A stretch of DNA of 32,000 nt, taken from Vibrio alginolyticus NBRC 15630 = ATCC 17749. GTDB taxonomy: Bacteria; Pseudomonadota; Gammaproteobacteria; Enterobacterales; Vibrionaceae. Made by a program: the position numbers and the translations under genes. Shown here in pieces: positions 1 to 9,058 of this stretch. Position 1 is the stretch's first letter, and every line of letters begins with the position of its first letter. The notes under the pieces are model-generated. The model had not been told where the DNA came from, searched no databases, and saw nothing but the letters and a program-made list of their open reading frames with translations. The stretch is taken from the NCBI RefSeq assembly GCF_000354175.2, contig NC_022349.1, forward strand, positions 1,050,001 to 1,082,000, written 5' to 3'.

Positions 1-920
1 TTTGATACGCGGTTCAAGTCACGGAACAAGAAACCAACTAGCCAAGAAACTGCAAGAATAACCACAATCGTGATCGCCACAGCAGTAAACAATAGATCTC
101 GTAGCAATACCGCATGACCTGCTTCTTCTGTTGCGCGATCCATTTCAATCGCAAACATCCAATGCGTACCAGGAACTTTATTGAAGTAGTAAAGCTTCTC
201 TTTTCCTTTGATTACCGTATCTTCGATACGACCTTCATCGGCGGCGCGCTCAATTGCCTCTTCTGAAAAATCTTTTAGAACACTGGTGATAGGCTTAAGC
301 GTCAAGCTTTTATCTGGATGCGCTAAGAAGGTGCCTTCATTCATGTCGATTAGCATCGCATGCGCGTTTTCACCTGCATCTAAGTTAATCACATCGCTGA
401 TAAGCTGATCGATCAGTACGTCCGCACCAACAACACCAACAAACTGACCATTTTTCATTACTGGCTCAGCAATGGTCACAAGTAGTGCATTCGTGATTGC
501 GTCTTGATATGCGGCTGTGATGATTTGCTTACCCGCGGCATCAGCATCCTTGTACCAAGGACGTGTGCGAGGGTCATAATCAGCACGGTTACGCTCCGGA
601 TGAGAGCGGTACATATCACCGTTTGGTGTACCAAGGAAGATGTCATCGAAGCCACCAGCCTTGCGAGCTTGTTGTAGGAAAGGAACAACGTCTTGCTCGG
701 TCGAGTAGTCGTTGAACGCAGTGGCAATATCTTTACGGATATTGACCCAATCAGAAATTCCCTCTGACGCAGTAGTACTAAGACTTTGCGCACGTGAATA
801 GACACCTGAACGAGTCTGATCAAATAATTGACCAGCCGACAACCAAGTAAGTGCTGTTGCCATCACAACAACAGCAGAAAGGCTTGCGCCTATAAGCTTT
901 TGTTTTAATGATAATTTCAT
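1..920 (-). CDS. Membrane sensor protein, N-terminal part (TM, double-Cache-like periplasmic domain, TM). Probably a methyl-accepting chemotaxis protein. The 3' end lies outside the window.
   Basis: Absent from the ORF track because it runs off the left edge. ATG is at 920-918 on the minus strand. My hand translation stays open to position 1: MKLSLKQKLIGASLSAVVVMATALTWLSAG...DPRTRPWYKDADAAGKQIITAAY...VGVVGADVLIDQL...FLAHPDKSLTLKP...LYYFNKVPGTHWMFAIEMD...LLFTAVAITIVVILAVSWLVGFLF. The RPWY motif and the TM-Cache-TM layout are typical of Vibrio chemoreceptors. The output domain is not visible. Confidence 0.6.
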   Translation of the reverse strand, partial: MKLSLKQKLIGASLSAVVVMATALTWLSAGQLFDQTRSGVYSRAQSLSTTASEGISDWVNIRKDIATAFNDYSTEQDVVPFLQQARKAGGFDDIFLGTPNGDMYRSHPERNRADYDPRTRPWYKDADAAGKQIITAAYQDAITNALLVTIAEPVMKNGQFVGVVGADVLIDQLISDVINLDAGENAHAMLIDMNEGTFLAHPDKSLTLKPITSVLKDFSEEAIERAADEGRIEDTVIKGKEKLYYFNKVPGTHWMFAIEMDRATEEAGHAVLLRDLLFTAVAITIVVILAVSWLVGFLFRDLNRVS

Positions 921-1083
921 ATTTATAGTTTTTTGAGTTGGGAGAACAGTTAAGGTGCATGAATATTACACACTTTTTTACGACTATTCACTAATTTTTA
1001 AAAAACAAAATAGCACATTAACTCTTTGTAAAATATGAACTTTCATGTGTCATTTTTTTGTCTCGAGCGTCATAAAAACCGCA

Positions 1084-1114
1084 CAAAAAAAGCCAGCAAA
1101 TTGCTGGCCTTTTG
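1084..1114 (-). terminator. Rho-independent terminator downstream of the BCCT transporter gene
   Basis: Stem GCCAGC (1092-1097) pairs with GCTGGC (1103-1108). It is flanked by an A-run on the plus strand (a T-run on the minus strand) and by CTTTTG. It lies 38 bp after the stop codon at 1152. Confidence 0.75.
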
Positions 1115-1151
1115 ATTAATTGTTAGTCAAACGGTTTTATAAAATGCCGAA

Positions 1152-2723
1152 TTACTGACGCTCAGTTCGCATACCCATCAATAAGCTCACACACATTGCA
1201 AGCAGAATGAAGGTAAATGGCAGTGCTGTAGAAATGGCACCAGCCTGAAGAGCTTGAACCGCCTCGGAGCCACCAATCCATAGCAGAGCAACCGCAATTG
1301 CACCTTCCATGAATGCCCAGAAGACACGTTGAAGTACAGGTGCATCGACTTTACCACCTGCCGTGATACTGTCGATAACAAGTGAACCAGAGTCAGAAGA
1401 CGTAATGAAGAACACAAGTACCAGCACAACAGCGATGATAGAAAGCATGCTACCAAATGGAAGAACATCAAACATTTGGAACATAGCAAGTGATACGTCA
1501 GTCAAGCCATTTGTGCCCAGCTCACCTACTTTATCAACAACTTGCTCGATCGCCAGGCCACCAAATACAGACATCCAAACAACGGTAACCGCAGTTGGAA
1601 CCAGTAGAACTGCTGTGATGAACTCGCGAACGGTACGACCACGAGAAACACGCGCGATGAACATGCCTACGAATGGCGACCATGAAATCCACCAAGCCCA
1701 GTAGAACACTGTCCAGCCTTGGAACCAAGCTTCGTCCGTACGACCAAACGGGTTACTTAGTGGGATGATATTCTCTACATATGCCATAAGTGTGGTTGGA
1801 ATCGAACCTAGGCTCGCCGCCCAACCGATAAGACCAACAAGGAGAAGTAACAAGAACGCCACAACCATGTTGATGTTACTAATGACTTTAACACCACCAT
1901 CGATGCCGCGTACGACTGAAACAACAGCAAGTAAAGTCACCACGGTAATAACGACGATTTGCAGACCTAGGCCTGGCTCAACACCAAATACGTGATGAAT
2001 ACCACTTGCTGCTTGCTGCGCACCTAAACCTAGGGATGTAGCAAGACCAAATAAAGTCGCAAGCACAGCCAGAATGTCCACAATGTGGCCAGCCCAACCC
2101 CATGCACGATCACCCAGAAGTGGGTAGAAGATCGAACGCATAGATAGCGGTAAACCTTTGTTGTAGGCAAAGAATGCTAAAGAAAGTGCTACAACACCGT
2201 AAATTGCCCATGGGTGAAGGCCCCAGTGGAACATCGTTGCACCCAGTGCCAATCTCGCGGCTTCTGGTGTATTTGCCTCAACACCAAGTGGCGTTTCATA
2301 CCAACCGGTGAAGTAAGCGACAGGTTCTGCAACACTCCAGAACATTAAACCGATACCCATACCAGCTGCAAATAGCATTGCAAGCCATGACATAAACGAG
2401 TAATCGGCAACAGCGTCTTTACCACCTAGTCGAATCTTACCCATTGGTGAGACGATAAGCGCCAAACAGAAAATAACGAAAATGTTACCTGCAATAATGA
2501 ACAACCAATCGAATGAACCAATAATTTTCCACTTCAGCCCATCAAGTGCCGTCTTTGCGGTATGTGCATCTAGAACTAATGCAGCGACAAGAAACAGCGC
2601 AATTAAACCTGCACTAATACCAAAAACTGGGTTATGAACATCAAAACCCCATTTTTGAACGTTGTCCTGACCTACCGTATAGTCGGTACTATCGATACTG
2701 TACTTATCTATACCCTTTGTCAT
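1152..2723 (-). CDS. BCCT-family (betaine/carnitine/choline) compatible-solute transporter
   Basis: 523 aa polytopic membrane protein with the Trp-rich BCCT signature region (WTVFYWAWWISWSPFVGMFIARVSRGRTVREF). SD GAGGAA lies upstream of the ATG. It is divergent from a MarR/CosR-like regulator, as in the Vibrio bccT/opuD-cosR pairs. Confidence 0.9.
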   Translation of the reverse strand: MTKGIDKYSIDSTDYTVGQDNVQKWGFDVHNPVFGISAGLIALFLVAALVLDAHTAKTALDGLKWKIIGSFDWLFIIAGNIFVIFCLALIVSPMGKIRLGGKDAVADYSFMSWLAMLFAAGMGIGLMFWSVAEPVAYFTGWYETPLGVEANTPEAARLALGATMFHWGLHPWAIYGVVALSLAFFAYNKGLPLSMRSIFYPLLGDRAWGWAGHIVDILAVLATLFGLATSLGLGAQQAASGIHHVFGVEPGLGLQIVVITVVTLLAVVSVVRGIDGGVKVISNINMVVAFLLLLLVGLIGWAASLGSIPTTLMAYVENIIPLSNPFGRTDEAWFQGWTVFYWAWWISWSPFVGMFIARVSRGRTVREFITAVLLVPTAVTVVWMSVFGGLAIEQVVDKVGELGTNGLTDVSLAMFQMFDVLPFGSMLSIIAVVLVLVFFITSSDSGSLVIDSITAGGKVDAPVLQRVFWAFMEGAIAVALLWIGGSEAVQALQAGAISTALPFTFILLAMCVSLLMGMRTERQ

Positions 2724-2922
2724 CGTTCCTCTCTATTTTTGTAGTGTTTTTACGTACCAAACAAAAAAATCTTTCGAACACGATACGTTTTGCATTCCGT
2801 GAAGGCGCAAGATCCTATCATTTGACACGTTTTTGTCTATCTTTTTGCTATTAAAAAATCCAATAACTTACTTTTCACTGTGTGATTACGGCCTTTGATA
2901 GAACAAATCACTACTACAATAG

Positions 2923-2950
2923 TTAGACCACAAACATTTATTGCTATAAT
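2923..2950 (+). promoter_or_regulatory. Predicted sigma70 promoter for the MarR/CosR-like gene
   Basis: -35 TTAGAC (2923-2928), 16-bp spacer, extended -10 TGcTATAAT (2942-2950). Pattern match only. Confidence 0.45.
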
Positions 2951-2966
2951 AATTTTAGCTCTTCTT

Positions 2967-2992
2967 ATTTTGTCGAAAAGGCGCGACAAAAT
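2967..2992. promoter_or_regulatory. Inverted repeat ATTTTGTCG-N8-CGACAAAAT, a candidate operator just downstream of the predicted cosR promoter
   Basis: Perfect 9-bp arms at 2967-2975 and 2984-2992. No adjoining T-run on either strand, so an operator is more likely than a terminator. It lies 92 bp upstream of the ORF start at 3084. Confidence 0.35.
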
Positions 2993-3083
2993 GGTATTGA
3001 GGACACGGCGTAAAATTGTAGGGGTAATTTTTGATTTCCCCCCTTTAAATAAGGGCGCATTTAAGTTAGTGTCGCCTCGATAA

Positions 3084-3587
3084 ATGTTCCCTACAGACTG
3101 GATGAATAAATTGGAAAAGTACGAAGAAGTATTGGTCTCGATTCGTCAGATCATCCGCGCTATTGATTTACATTCTAAAAAGCTGAGCAAAGAGTCTGGA
3201 TTGACTGCTCCACAGTTGATTTTGATGCGCGCTATCAATGACTTAGATAACGTGACGATTAAACAGTTGTCTAGCCACACTAACATGAGCCAAGCGACCG
3301 CAACGACCATTCTAGATAGACTAGAACGAGGCCAGTTTGTTGAGCGTCAGCGCAGTGTTCAAGACAAGCGTAAAGTGCATGCTGTACTTACGAGCAAGGG
3401 CCAAGAAGCTTTAAAACAAGCACCAACGCCGCTGCAAGAGCACTTCATTAATCGATTCCAAAAATTGGAAGAATGGGAGCAATCCCTTCTACTATCTTCC
3501 GTTCAACGCATCTCGACGATGATGAATGCAGAGGACATCGATGTTGCTCCAATGCTAGAGCTTGGTAGCATTACCAAAGCCGATTAG
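3084..3587 (+). CDS. cosR: MarR-family transcriptional regulator, CosR-like (compatible-solute regulator)
   Basis: 167 aa winged-helix MarR architecture (LTAPQLILMRAI...VTIKQLSSHTNMSQATATTILDRLERGQFVERQRSVQDKRKV). It is divergent from a BCCT transporter, which matches what I recall for Vibrio cosR. The alternative in-frame start at 3102 (MNKLEKYEE) is equally plausible. The symbol is assigned by synteny and family only. Confidence 0.7.
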   Translation: MFPTDWMNKLEKYEEVLVSIRQIIRAIDLHSKKLSKESGLTAPQLILMRAINDLDNVTIKQLSSHTNMSQATATTILDRLERGQFVERQRSVQDKRKVHAVLTSKGQEALKQAPTPLQEHFINRFQKLEEWEQSLLLSSVQRISTMMNAEDIDVAPMLELGSITKAD

Positions 3588-3599
3588 TTTCGCTCCCAC

Positions 3600-3620
3600 G
3601 TGCTCGCTTTTTGCGGGCAC
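3600..3620. terminator. Weak hairpin between the convergent cosR-like and response-regulator genes
   Basis: GTGCTCGC-TTTTT-GCGGGCAC forms an 8-bp stem with one G-U pair. No clear T-run on either strand. Confidence 0.3.
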
Positions 3621-3627
3621 TACTCTC

Positions 3628-4266
3628 CTACTCAGTCAACCCAGTTTCAAACGCATATTTTGCTAACTCTGCCGTCGAATGTAAGTCCAACTTGTGCTTA
3701 ATGTTATGGCGATGCGTCTCTACCGTTCGATAACTAATATTGAGTAAAGTGGCGATTTTCTTGCTGCTGTTTCCTTGAGCAACCAATTTAAGTACCGCTT
3801 CTTCCCTGCGGCTGAGAGGATTCGTTTTTTGCGTGGCAGGCACCACTTCTTGGGTAAAGAGTGTTTGTGTGACGGACTCACAGAAATACGTCGAGCCTTG
3901 GTTCACCGTTTTTATTGCTTGCACCATTTTCTCGGCCGAGATTTCCTTGAGCATATATCCTACGGCACCAGCTTGCATGACCTTCATGATGTACTCGCGA
4001 TTATCGTGCATGGTCAACATAAGTATTTTGCTCTCTGGACGCGCTTCTTTAATTACACCTGTCGCTTCAATACCGTTCATTATTGGCATGCTGATATCCA
4101 TCAATATGACGTCCGGTTGCAAGTGCTTTGCGACCTCTATCGCTTCCAAGCCATTACTTGCTGTACCCACCACTTCGATGTCAGGCTCTAACTCCAAACG
4201 AGCCATGAAGCCATCCAATACTACTTGATGATCATCGACAATCACTACACTAATCGGTTTATCCAT
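3628..4266 (-). CDS. Two-component response regulator, NarL/FixJ (LuxR-type HTH) family
   Basis: 212 aa. The receiver domain carries VVIVDDH...DVILMDISMP...KILMLTMH. The C-terminal LuxR HTH reads LSRREEAVLKLVAQGNSSKKIATLLNISYRTVETHRHNIKHKL. The start overlaps the upstream kinase gene by 8 nt, which suggests translational coupling. Confidence 0.92.
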   Translation of the reverse strand: MDKPISVVIVDDHQVVLDGFMARLELEPDIEVVGTASNGLEAIEVAKHLQPDVILMDISMPIMNGIEATGVIKEARPESKILMLTMHDNREYIMKVMQAGAVGYMLKEISAEKMVQAIKTVNQGSTYFCESVTQTLFTQEVVPATQKTNPLSRREEAVLKLVAQGNSSKKIATLLNISYRTVETHRHNIKHKLDLHSTAELAKYAFETGLTE

Positions 4267-5614
4267 AAACTATTTCATCCAAATTAAGCAGCACAGTAAT
4301 CTCTGTTCCCAAGCCAAGCTCACTCATTAGCTCAAATTCACCACCGATGAACTCTACACGCTCTTGCATGTTCCTTAACCCAATCCCTTGTTGGTGCACT
4401 GCATGGTTAACCACAAATCCAACCCCATCGTCACGTATGAGTAATTGCAGCATATTGCCCATTTTTTGCAAAGTAACCGTTACTTTTTTCGCTCGCGCAT
4501 GTTTTTCAATGTTATTCAAAGACTCCTGAGCGACGCGATATAGCGTCGTTGCGACTTCCGAAGTCAGTTTGTGCTGCTGAGTATCGAAATTGCTCTCGAT
4601 ATCAATCCCAGAATGGGAATGAAAATCCTGTAGCAAGGTCGTCAGTGCTGCTTCTAAACCGATATCATCGAGGGCGCTTGGACGGAGCTGATGAGAAATA
4701 TGCCGCACCTCATTTATCGCGGTGACGAGCGATCGTTGTGATTTATCTAAGTGGGATTTGAGTTTTTCGTCTTCAAGTCTATGACTCATTAAGTCTAAAT
4801 GACATTTACTGGAGACTAACAACTGATTGATTCCATCGTGCAGTTCTCGCGCTAAATGCTTTTTCTCATCTTCTTGGAACATCACGGTTTTATGTGCCAA
4901 TTCTTTCAGGTTCTTATCAGCGAGGCGATGCTCGTGCAGATTGATCGCCAAAGTGAGAACAATGATTACAGCAACGGTCACCGCTAAGATCACGACGACT
5001 GAGAAAAATGTCGTTTCGATATTTTTGTTCACTGCCGCGCGCATATTGGCGACTTCTCGGCTGACATCCTCAATATACAGCCCAGTCCCTATCATCCATT
5101 CCCACTTATCGAGCCATGCAGCGTAACTAAGCTTAGGGACAACTTCACCTGTAGATGGCTTTTGCCACAGGTACTGATGAAATCCACCACCTGATTGCGC
5201 TTGATACAATAAAGCTTCGATTAAGCGATCGCCATTTTCGTCTTCAAGATAGAGTAAGTTTTCCCCGACAAGCTCCGGAAGAACTGGGTGTACAAGGTTG
5301 GTACCATATTTATCATAAGCAAAAAAATAGCCGTCCGACCCATAACTCAAACGATTTAAAATCGCTTTCACACGCGTTTTGGCAACACTCTCTTCTAAAG
5401 TCGGATCGTTGTAGATGTAAGAAATGGAGTCAAAAGCGACGTCGACCGTATCTTTCAGCGCCGCTTCTTTTGATTGGATCAAGTTTTGATGAAAGATCTC
5501 CACCTCCCTTTTGCCAAGGGTCTTGGTTTGATAGATAGAGATCCAGCTGATACTCGCTGACACCAATACCACGGGTATCAGTGTCAGCAGAATTAACTTT
5601 GCTTTGAGAGGCAT
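4259..5614 (-). CDS. Sensor histidine kinase with a periplasmic single-Cache (sCache_2-like) domain, HisKA_3 and HATPase_c
   Basis: 451 aa. TM1 is followed by a Cache-like region (GSDGYFFAYDKYGTNLVHP...GGGFHQYLWQKP...PKLSYAAWLDKWEWMIGTGLYIEDV) and TM2. The H-box is ARELHDGINQLL and the ATPase region contains DDGVGF...GIGLRNMQERV. SD GGAGGG precedes the ATG. Confidence 0.88.
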   Translation of the reverse strand: MPLKAKLILLTLIPVVLVSASISWISIYQTKTLGKREVEIFHQNLIQSKEAALKDTVDVAFDSISYIYNDPTLEESVAKTRVKAILNRLSYGSDGYFFAYDKYGTNLVHPVLPELVGENLLYLEDENGDRLIEALLYQAQSGGGFHQYLWQKPSTGEVVPKLSYAAWLDKWEWMIGTGLYIEDVSREVANMRAAVNKNIETTFFSVVVILAVTVAVIIVLTLAINLHEHRLADKNLKELAHKTVMFQEDEKKHLARELHDGINQLLVSSKCHLDLMSHRLEDEKLKSHLDKSQRSLVTAINEVRHISHQLRPSALDDIGLEAALTTLLQDFHSHSGIDIESNFDTQQHKLTSEVATTLYRVAQESLNNIEKHARAKKVTVTLQKMGNMLQLLIRDDGVGFVVNHAVHQQGIGLRNMQERVEFIGGEFELMSELGLGTEITVLLNLDEIVYG

Positions 5615-5765
5615 CCCTTCCCTCCATGAAACGCTGCCTTTACAGCTTACTATCTTAGCAGTACAAACGAATCGATTGTGTCTGCATAGACATAATTAAC
5701 AGCTTAACAACTTGTCTCAAAAGGTAAAAACTCTCAGTTCACAAAATCTCTTTATTATCGAGTGA

Positions 5766-7052
5766 TTAACTCATACCGTAAAAACCTGGGAAAAACAGCA
5801 AAGACGCCAACACAACAATCTGAATCGCGATGAATGGCATCACACCTTTGTAGATATCTCGCGTAGTAACCCCTGCTGGAGCGACACCTTTTAGATAGAA
5901 CAAACTAAAGCCAAATGGCGGTGTGAGGAACGACGTCTGCAAGTTCATCGCAATAAGAATCGCAAACCACGTCATATTAATACCCATCAATTCAGCGACT
6001 GGCGCAATAATTGGCACGATGATAAAACAGATTTCAACGAAGTCGATAAAGAAACCTAAAATCAGAATCACCACCATGGTAATAATAAGGAATCCCCACT
6101 TTTCACCCGGCAGTTCTAACATCCACTCTTCAACTAAATAATCACCACCAGTGTAGGTAAATGCCATTGAGAAGGCGGTCGCACCAAGTAAGATCGCAAA
6201 GACCATTGCGGTTACTTTCACTGTCTCTTTTGATGCATCATAAATCATCGACCAACTAAACTGTTTATACAATAGCGATAAAATTATCGCACCTGCACCG
6301 CCCAGTGCCGCTGACTCTGTTGGTGTTGCAATCCCTGCAAAGATGGAGCCCAATACCACGATGATCAATGCTAACGGTGGCAATACAGCTTTCAGTGCGG
6401 TGAGCACTTCTTGTTTACGACTGATCGACTCATCGCGCTCTATCGCCTGTGCGGCTTGAGGGTTCAACTTCGCGTAGATGAGAATGTAGATCACATAGGC
6501 GCCAACAAGTGTAATACCGGGCCAGATCGCAGCTTGAAATAGGTCCCCTACCGGTACGCCAAGTACATCACCCAACAAGATCAACACGATAGAAGGTGGG
6601 ATAATTTGGCCCAACGTGCCAGACGCACAAATAGTCCCACACGCTAAACCTTTGTCGTAATTGTACTTGAGCATCACAGGAAGAGATATTAAGCCCATCG
6701 CAACAACTGATGCGCCTACCACACCCGTTGAAGCGGCAAGCAATGCGCCAACTAACACGGTAGAAATAGCGATACCACCGCGAACGCCACCGAACAAACG
6801 CCCCATTGATTCTAGTAGCTGTTCAGCAAGCTTCGTTTTCTGTAGCACTAGCCCCATAAAAACGAACAGCGGTACGGCCATTAGCACCGTATTTTCCATA
6901 ATGGACTGAATTCGATATGGCATAAAAGCAAACATCTCGATGCCTTCAGCCCAAACACCAAAAATCAGCGCGATACCACCAAAAGTAAAGGCAACGGGAA
7001 ATCCCAATAGAAGCGCAAAGAGCGCAACAAAAAACATCACTATACCGATCAT
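5766..7052 (-). CDS. TRAP transporter large permease subunit (DctM family)
   Basis: 428 aa polytopic membrane protein. It sits directly downstream of a DctQ-size subunit and a DctP-type binding protein. SD AGGAAG. Confidence 0.9.
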   Translation of the reverse strand: MIGIVMFFVALFALLLGFPVAFTFGGIALIFGVWAEGIEMFAFMPYRIQSIMENTVLMAVPLFVFMGLVLQKTKLAEQLLESMGRLFGGVRGGIAISTVLVGALLAASTGVVGASVVAMGLISLPVMLKYNYDKGLACGTICASGTLGQIIPPSIVLILLGDVLGVPVGDLFQAAIWPGITLVGAYVIYILIYAKLNPQAAQAIERDESISRKQEVLTALKAVLPPLALIIVVLGSIFAGIATPTESAALGGAGAIILSLLYKQFSWSMIYDASKETVKVTAMVFAILLGATAFSMAFTYTGGDYLVEEWMLELPGEKWGFLIITMVVILILGFFIDFVEICFIIVPIIAPVAELMGINMTWFAILIAMNLQTSFLTPPFGFSLFYLKGVAPAGVTTRDIYKGVMPFIAIQIVVLASLLFFPGFYGMS

Positions 7053-7064
7053 AATGACTTCCTT

Positions 7065-7604
7065 TTACGACTTACCGTTATTACCGGCATAGATGAGATG
7101 AGGGTTGACAATTTTGTTGATTGAATGAAGTAACAATCCAATACCACTCACCGCCATAAAGAAAAATGACAGCGGAATCATCGCTTTGATAATCCAACGA
7201 TATGGTAAGCCACCTGGGTCACCAGACGTCTCGCCTAACGCGTAACTTTCCTTGGCGAAATCAATACCAAACCAAGCTACCAGTAGGCAAAAAGGGAATA
7301 AGAAAAATAGTGTGCCTATGATGTCGATGATGGATTGTGCTTTGTAAGATAAGCGTTCATAAAAAATGTCGACGCGAACATGGCCACCGGACTTAATTGC
7401 GTAAGGCACACCAAGCAAGAACACGGCAGAGAATAGATGCCATTCCATTTCTTGGAATGCGATAGACACATCATTAAACACGTAACGCATGACAACGTCG
7501 TACACAACGTTTGCTAACAACAAAATAAACAGGATGCTGGATAACCATCCGAGAAAATCGCTAAAGCGGTTAAATAATCGCTCAATATAAATAAGACTTC
7601 TCAT
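7065..7604 (-). CDS. TRAP transporter small permease subunit (DctQ family)
   Basis: 179 aa with about four hydrophobic segments, located between the P and M subunits. SD GGAG. Confidence 0.85.
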   Translation of the reverse strand: MRSLIYIERLFNRFSDFLGWLSSILFILLLANVVYDVVMRYVFNDVSIAFQEMEWHLFSAVFLLGVPYAIKSGGHVRVDIFYERLSYKAQSIIDIIGTLFFLFPFCLLVAWFGIDFAKESYALGETSGDPGGLPYRWIIKAMIPLSFFFMAVSGIGLLLHSINKIVNPHLIYAGNNGKS

Positions 7605-7631
7605 TCCGAACTCCGTGGAACGTTTAGATGC

Positions 7632-7711
7632 GCTCCGCTATGGTGCGGAGCATTCATTATGAAGTTTTCTTGGGCTTCGATAGCAGGCTAAACCTCTTGG
7701 CATCGCCTGCT
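7632..7711 (-). promoter_or_regulatory. Two intercistronic stem-loops between the TRAP binding-protein gene and the membrane-subunit genes
   Basis: GCTCCGC (7632-7638) pairs with GCGGAGC (7645-7651). AGCAGGC (7682-7688) pairs with GCCTGCT (7705-7711). They sit in the 115-bp P-Q gap with no T-run. This is consistent with mRNA stabiliser or attenuator hairpins that raise binding-protein stoichiometry. Confidence 0.4.
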
Positions 7712-7719
7712 TCATAACG

Positions 7720-8811
7720 TTATTGTTGAGCTTGACTGTTTAAGTACGCTCGGTGCGAAATATCTGACCATGGTCGAACTTGATTCATATAGTTCGCTTG
7801 CGACTCTTGAATCTCTTTCGCCAAAGCATCTTTTTCTGCATGTTCTTTCAACAAACGATCGTTTGCTTCTCGCAACGCAGCTACGACTTCAGGTGGGAAA
7901 TCTTTTACTTCAACATTTGGGTATTCAGACTTAATAGATGCCCAGTTTTTGCCGCTTTCGTGTTTCGATTGCGTGTACATATCGTAAGCGGCCGTTTTCA
8001 TGGCTACTTGCAAAATCGCTTTTAGATCATCAGGTAGACGGTTCCAGGTGCGCTTGTTAACGAGGAACTGAAGCTCAGTCGCTGGCTCATGCCAACCTGT
8101 GTAGTAGTAAGGCGCGATTTTGTGGAAGCCCATACGTAGATCCAGCGATGGACCAACCCATTCCAAGGCATCAATTGTGCGACGCTCTAGAGAAGTATAT
8201 AGCTCACCAGGGGCGATATTCGTTGGCTTGGCACCTAACTCAGCCAAAATCTCACCAGCAAACCCTGGGATACGCATTTTCAAACCCTGTAAGTCCTCGA
8301 CGGACTTGATCTCTTTTTGGAACCACCCCCCCATCTGAGTATCGGTATTACCCCCAGGGAAAGACATCAAGTTATGTGGAGAGTACACTTTTTCCATCAG
8401 CTCCATACCACCGCCGTAGTAAAACCATGCATACTGCTCAGTTGGCAACATACCGAAGGGCATAGAAGTGAAGTAAAGTGTGTTTGGAACCTTACCCTTC
8501 CAGTAATAAGACGCTGAGTGACCCATGTCATACTGACCCGACTTAACCATATCAAACACCCCAAAAGGCGCTTTATGCTTGTTTGCGGAATCAATGCGGA
8601 TTTGCAAACGTCCGTTGGACATCTCTTCCGCCATTTTGGCCATGTTTTTTGTGGTATCACCAAAAATTGGGAAATTAGGCCCCCAAGTTTCAGCAAGCTT
8701 TAAACGATAGACTTTTTCAGCAGCGTTTACAGAAGTCGCTGCGAGTGCCATCGCGGCAGCGACAGCGGTGGTTTTGAGCACTCGTTTTAAAGATTTTTGG
8801 ATTAGACTCAT
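7720..8811 (-). CDS. TRAP transporter periplasmic solute-binding protein, DctP family, TakP-like subgroup (possible 2-oxo/monocarboxylate specificity)
   Basis: 363 aa with a signal peptide (AAAMALAATSVNAAE). The motifs GHSASYYWKGK, MGGWFQKEIKSVEDLQGLKMRIPGFAGE, EWVGP and YYYTGW resemble, from memory, the Rhodobacter TakP family rather than C4-dicarboxylate DctP. SD AAGGA. Confidence 0.85.
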   Translation of the reverse strand: MSLIQKSLKRVLKTTAVAAAMALAATSVNAAEKVYRLKLAETWGPNFPIFGDTTKNMAKMAEEMSNGRLQIRIDSANKHKAPFGVFDMVKSGQYDMGHSASYYWKGKVPNTLYFTSMPFGMLPTEQYAWFYYGGGMELMEKVYSPHNLMSFPGGNTDTQMGGWFQKEIKSVEDLQGLKMRIPGFAGEILAELGAKPTNIAPGELYTSLERRTIDALEWVGPSLDLRMGFHKIAPYYYTGWHEPATELQFLVNKRTWNRLPDDLKAILQVAMKTAAYDMYTQSKHESGKNWASIKSEYPNVEVKDFPPEVVAALREANDRLLKEHAEKDALAKEIQESQANYMNQVRPWSDISHRAYLNSQAQQ

Positions 8812-8964
8812 CGTTCACGTCCTTTATCACCAAGGTTATTGTTGTCATCCATTTCATTAGGATTGGCTGTATTCGGTATAAAAGATGTAACAATGTTGTC
8901 TAATGCGAAATGGGCATGAACACGGAAGCGAGTAATTCATCAATAAGGCATTAGCCTAAGGTAT

Positions 8965-8980
8965 TACGTACAAGTACGTA
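8965..8980. promoter_or_regulatory. 7-2-7 inverted heptamer TACGTAC-AA-GTACGTA upstream of the TRAP operon, a candidate NarL-family response-regulator site
   Basis: Perfect inverted heptamers with a 2-bp spacer, the geometry used by NarL/NarP-type dimers. The centre is about 161 bp upstream of the binding-protein ATG at 8811. Confidence 0.4.
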
Positions 8981-9058
8981 GGATAATCGTCATGACAAAA
9001 GACTGTTAATAGCAAAATCAATAAATTATATTTTTATCTATGAATAAAAATAAAAAAC

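Noticed and set aside
2895-3083. 62-aa plus-strand ORF in the BCCT/cosR intergenic region
   Set aside because: It overlaps the predicted cosR promoter and inverted repeat. The sequence is low-complexity, it has no SD, and it ends exactly at the cosR ORF. Most likely non-coding.
3775-4228. Two long plus-strand ORFs (138 and 131 aa) antisense to the response-regulator gene
   Set aside because: These are shadow ORFs inside a gene with clear receiver and HTH motifs on the opposite strand. Their translations have no protein-like features. The same reasoning applies to the other nested or antisense track ORFs, for example 1187-1995, 4347-5538, 5923-6909, 7780-8703, 21122-22656 and 28874-31056.
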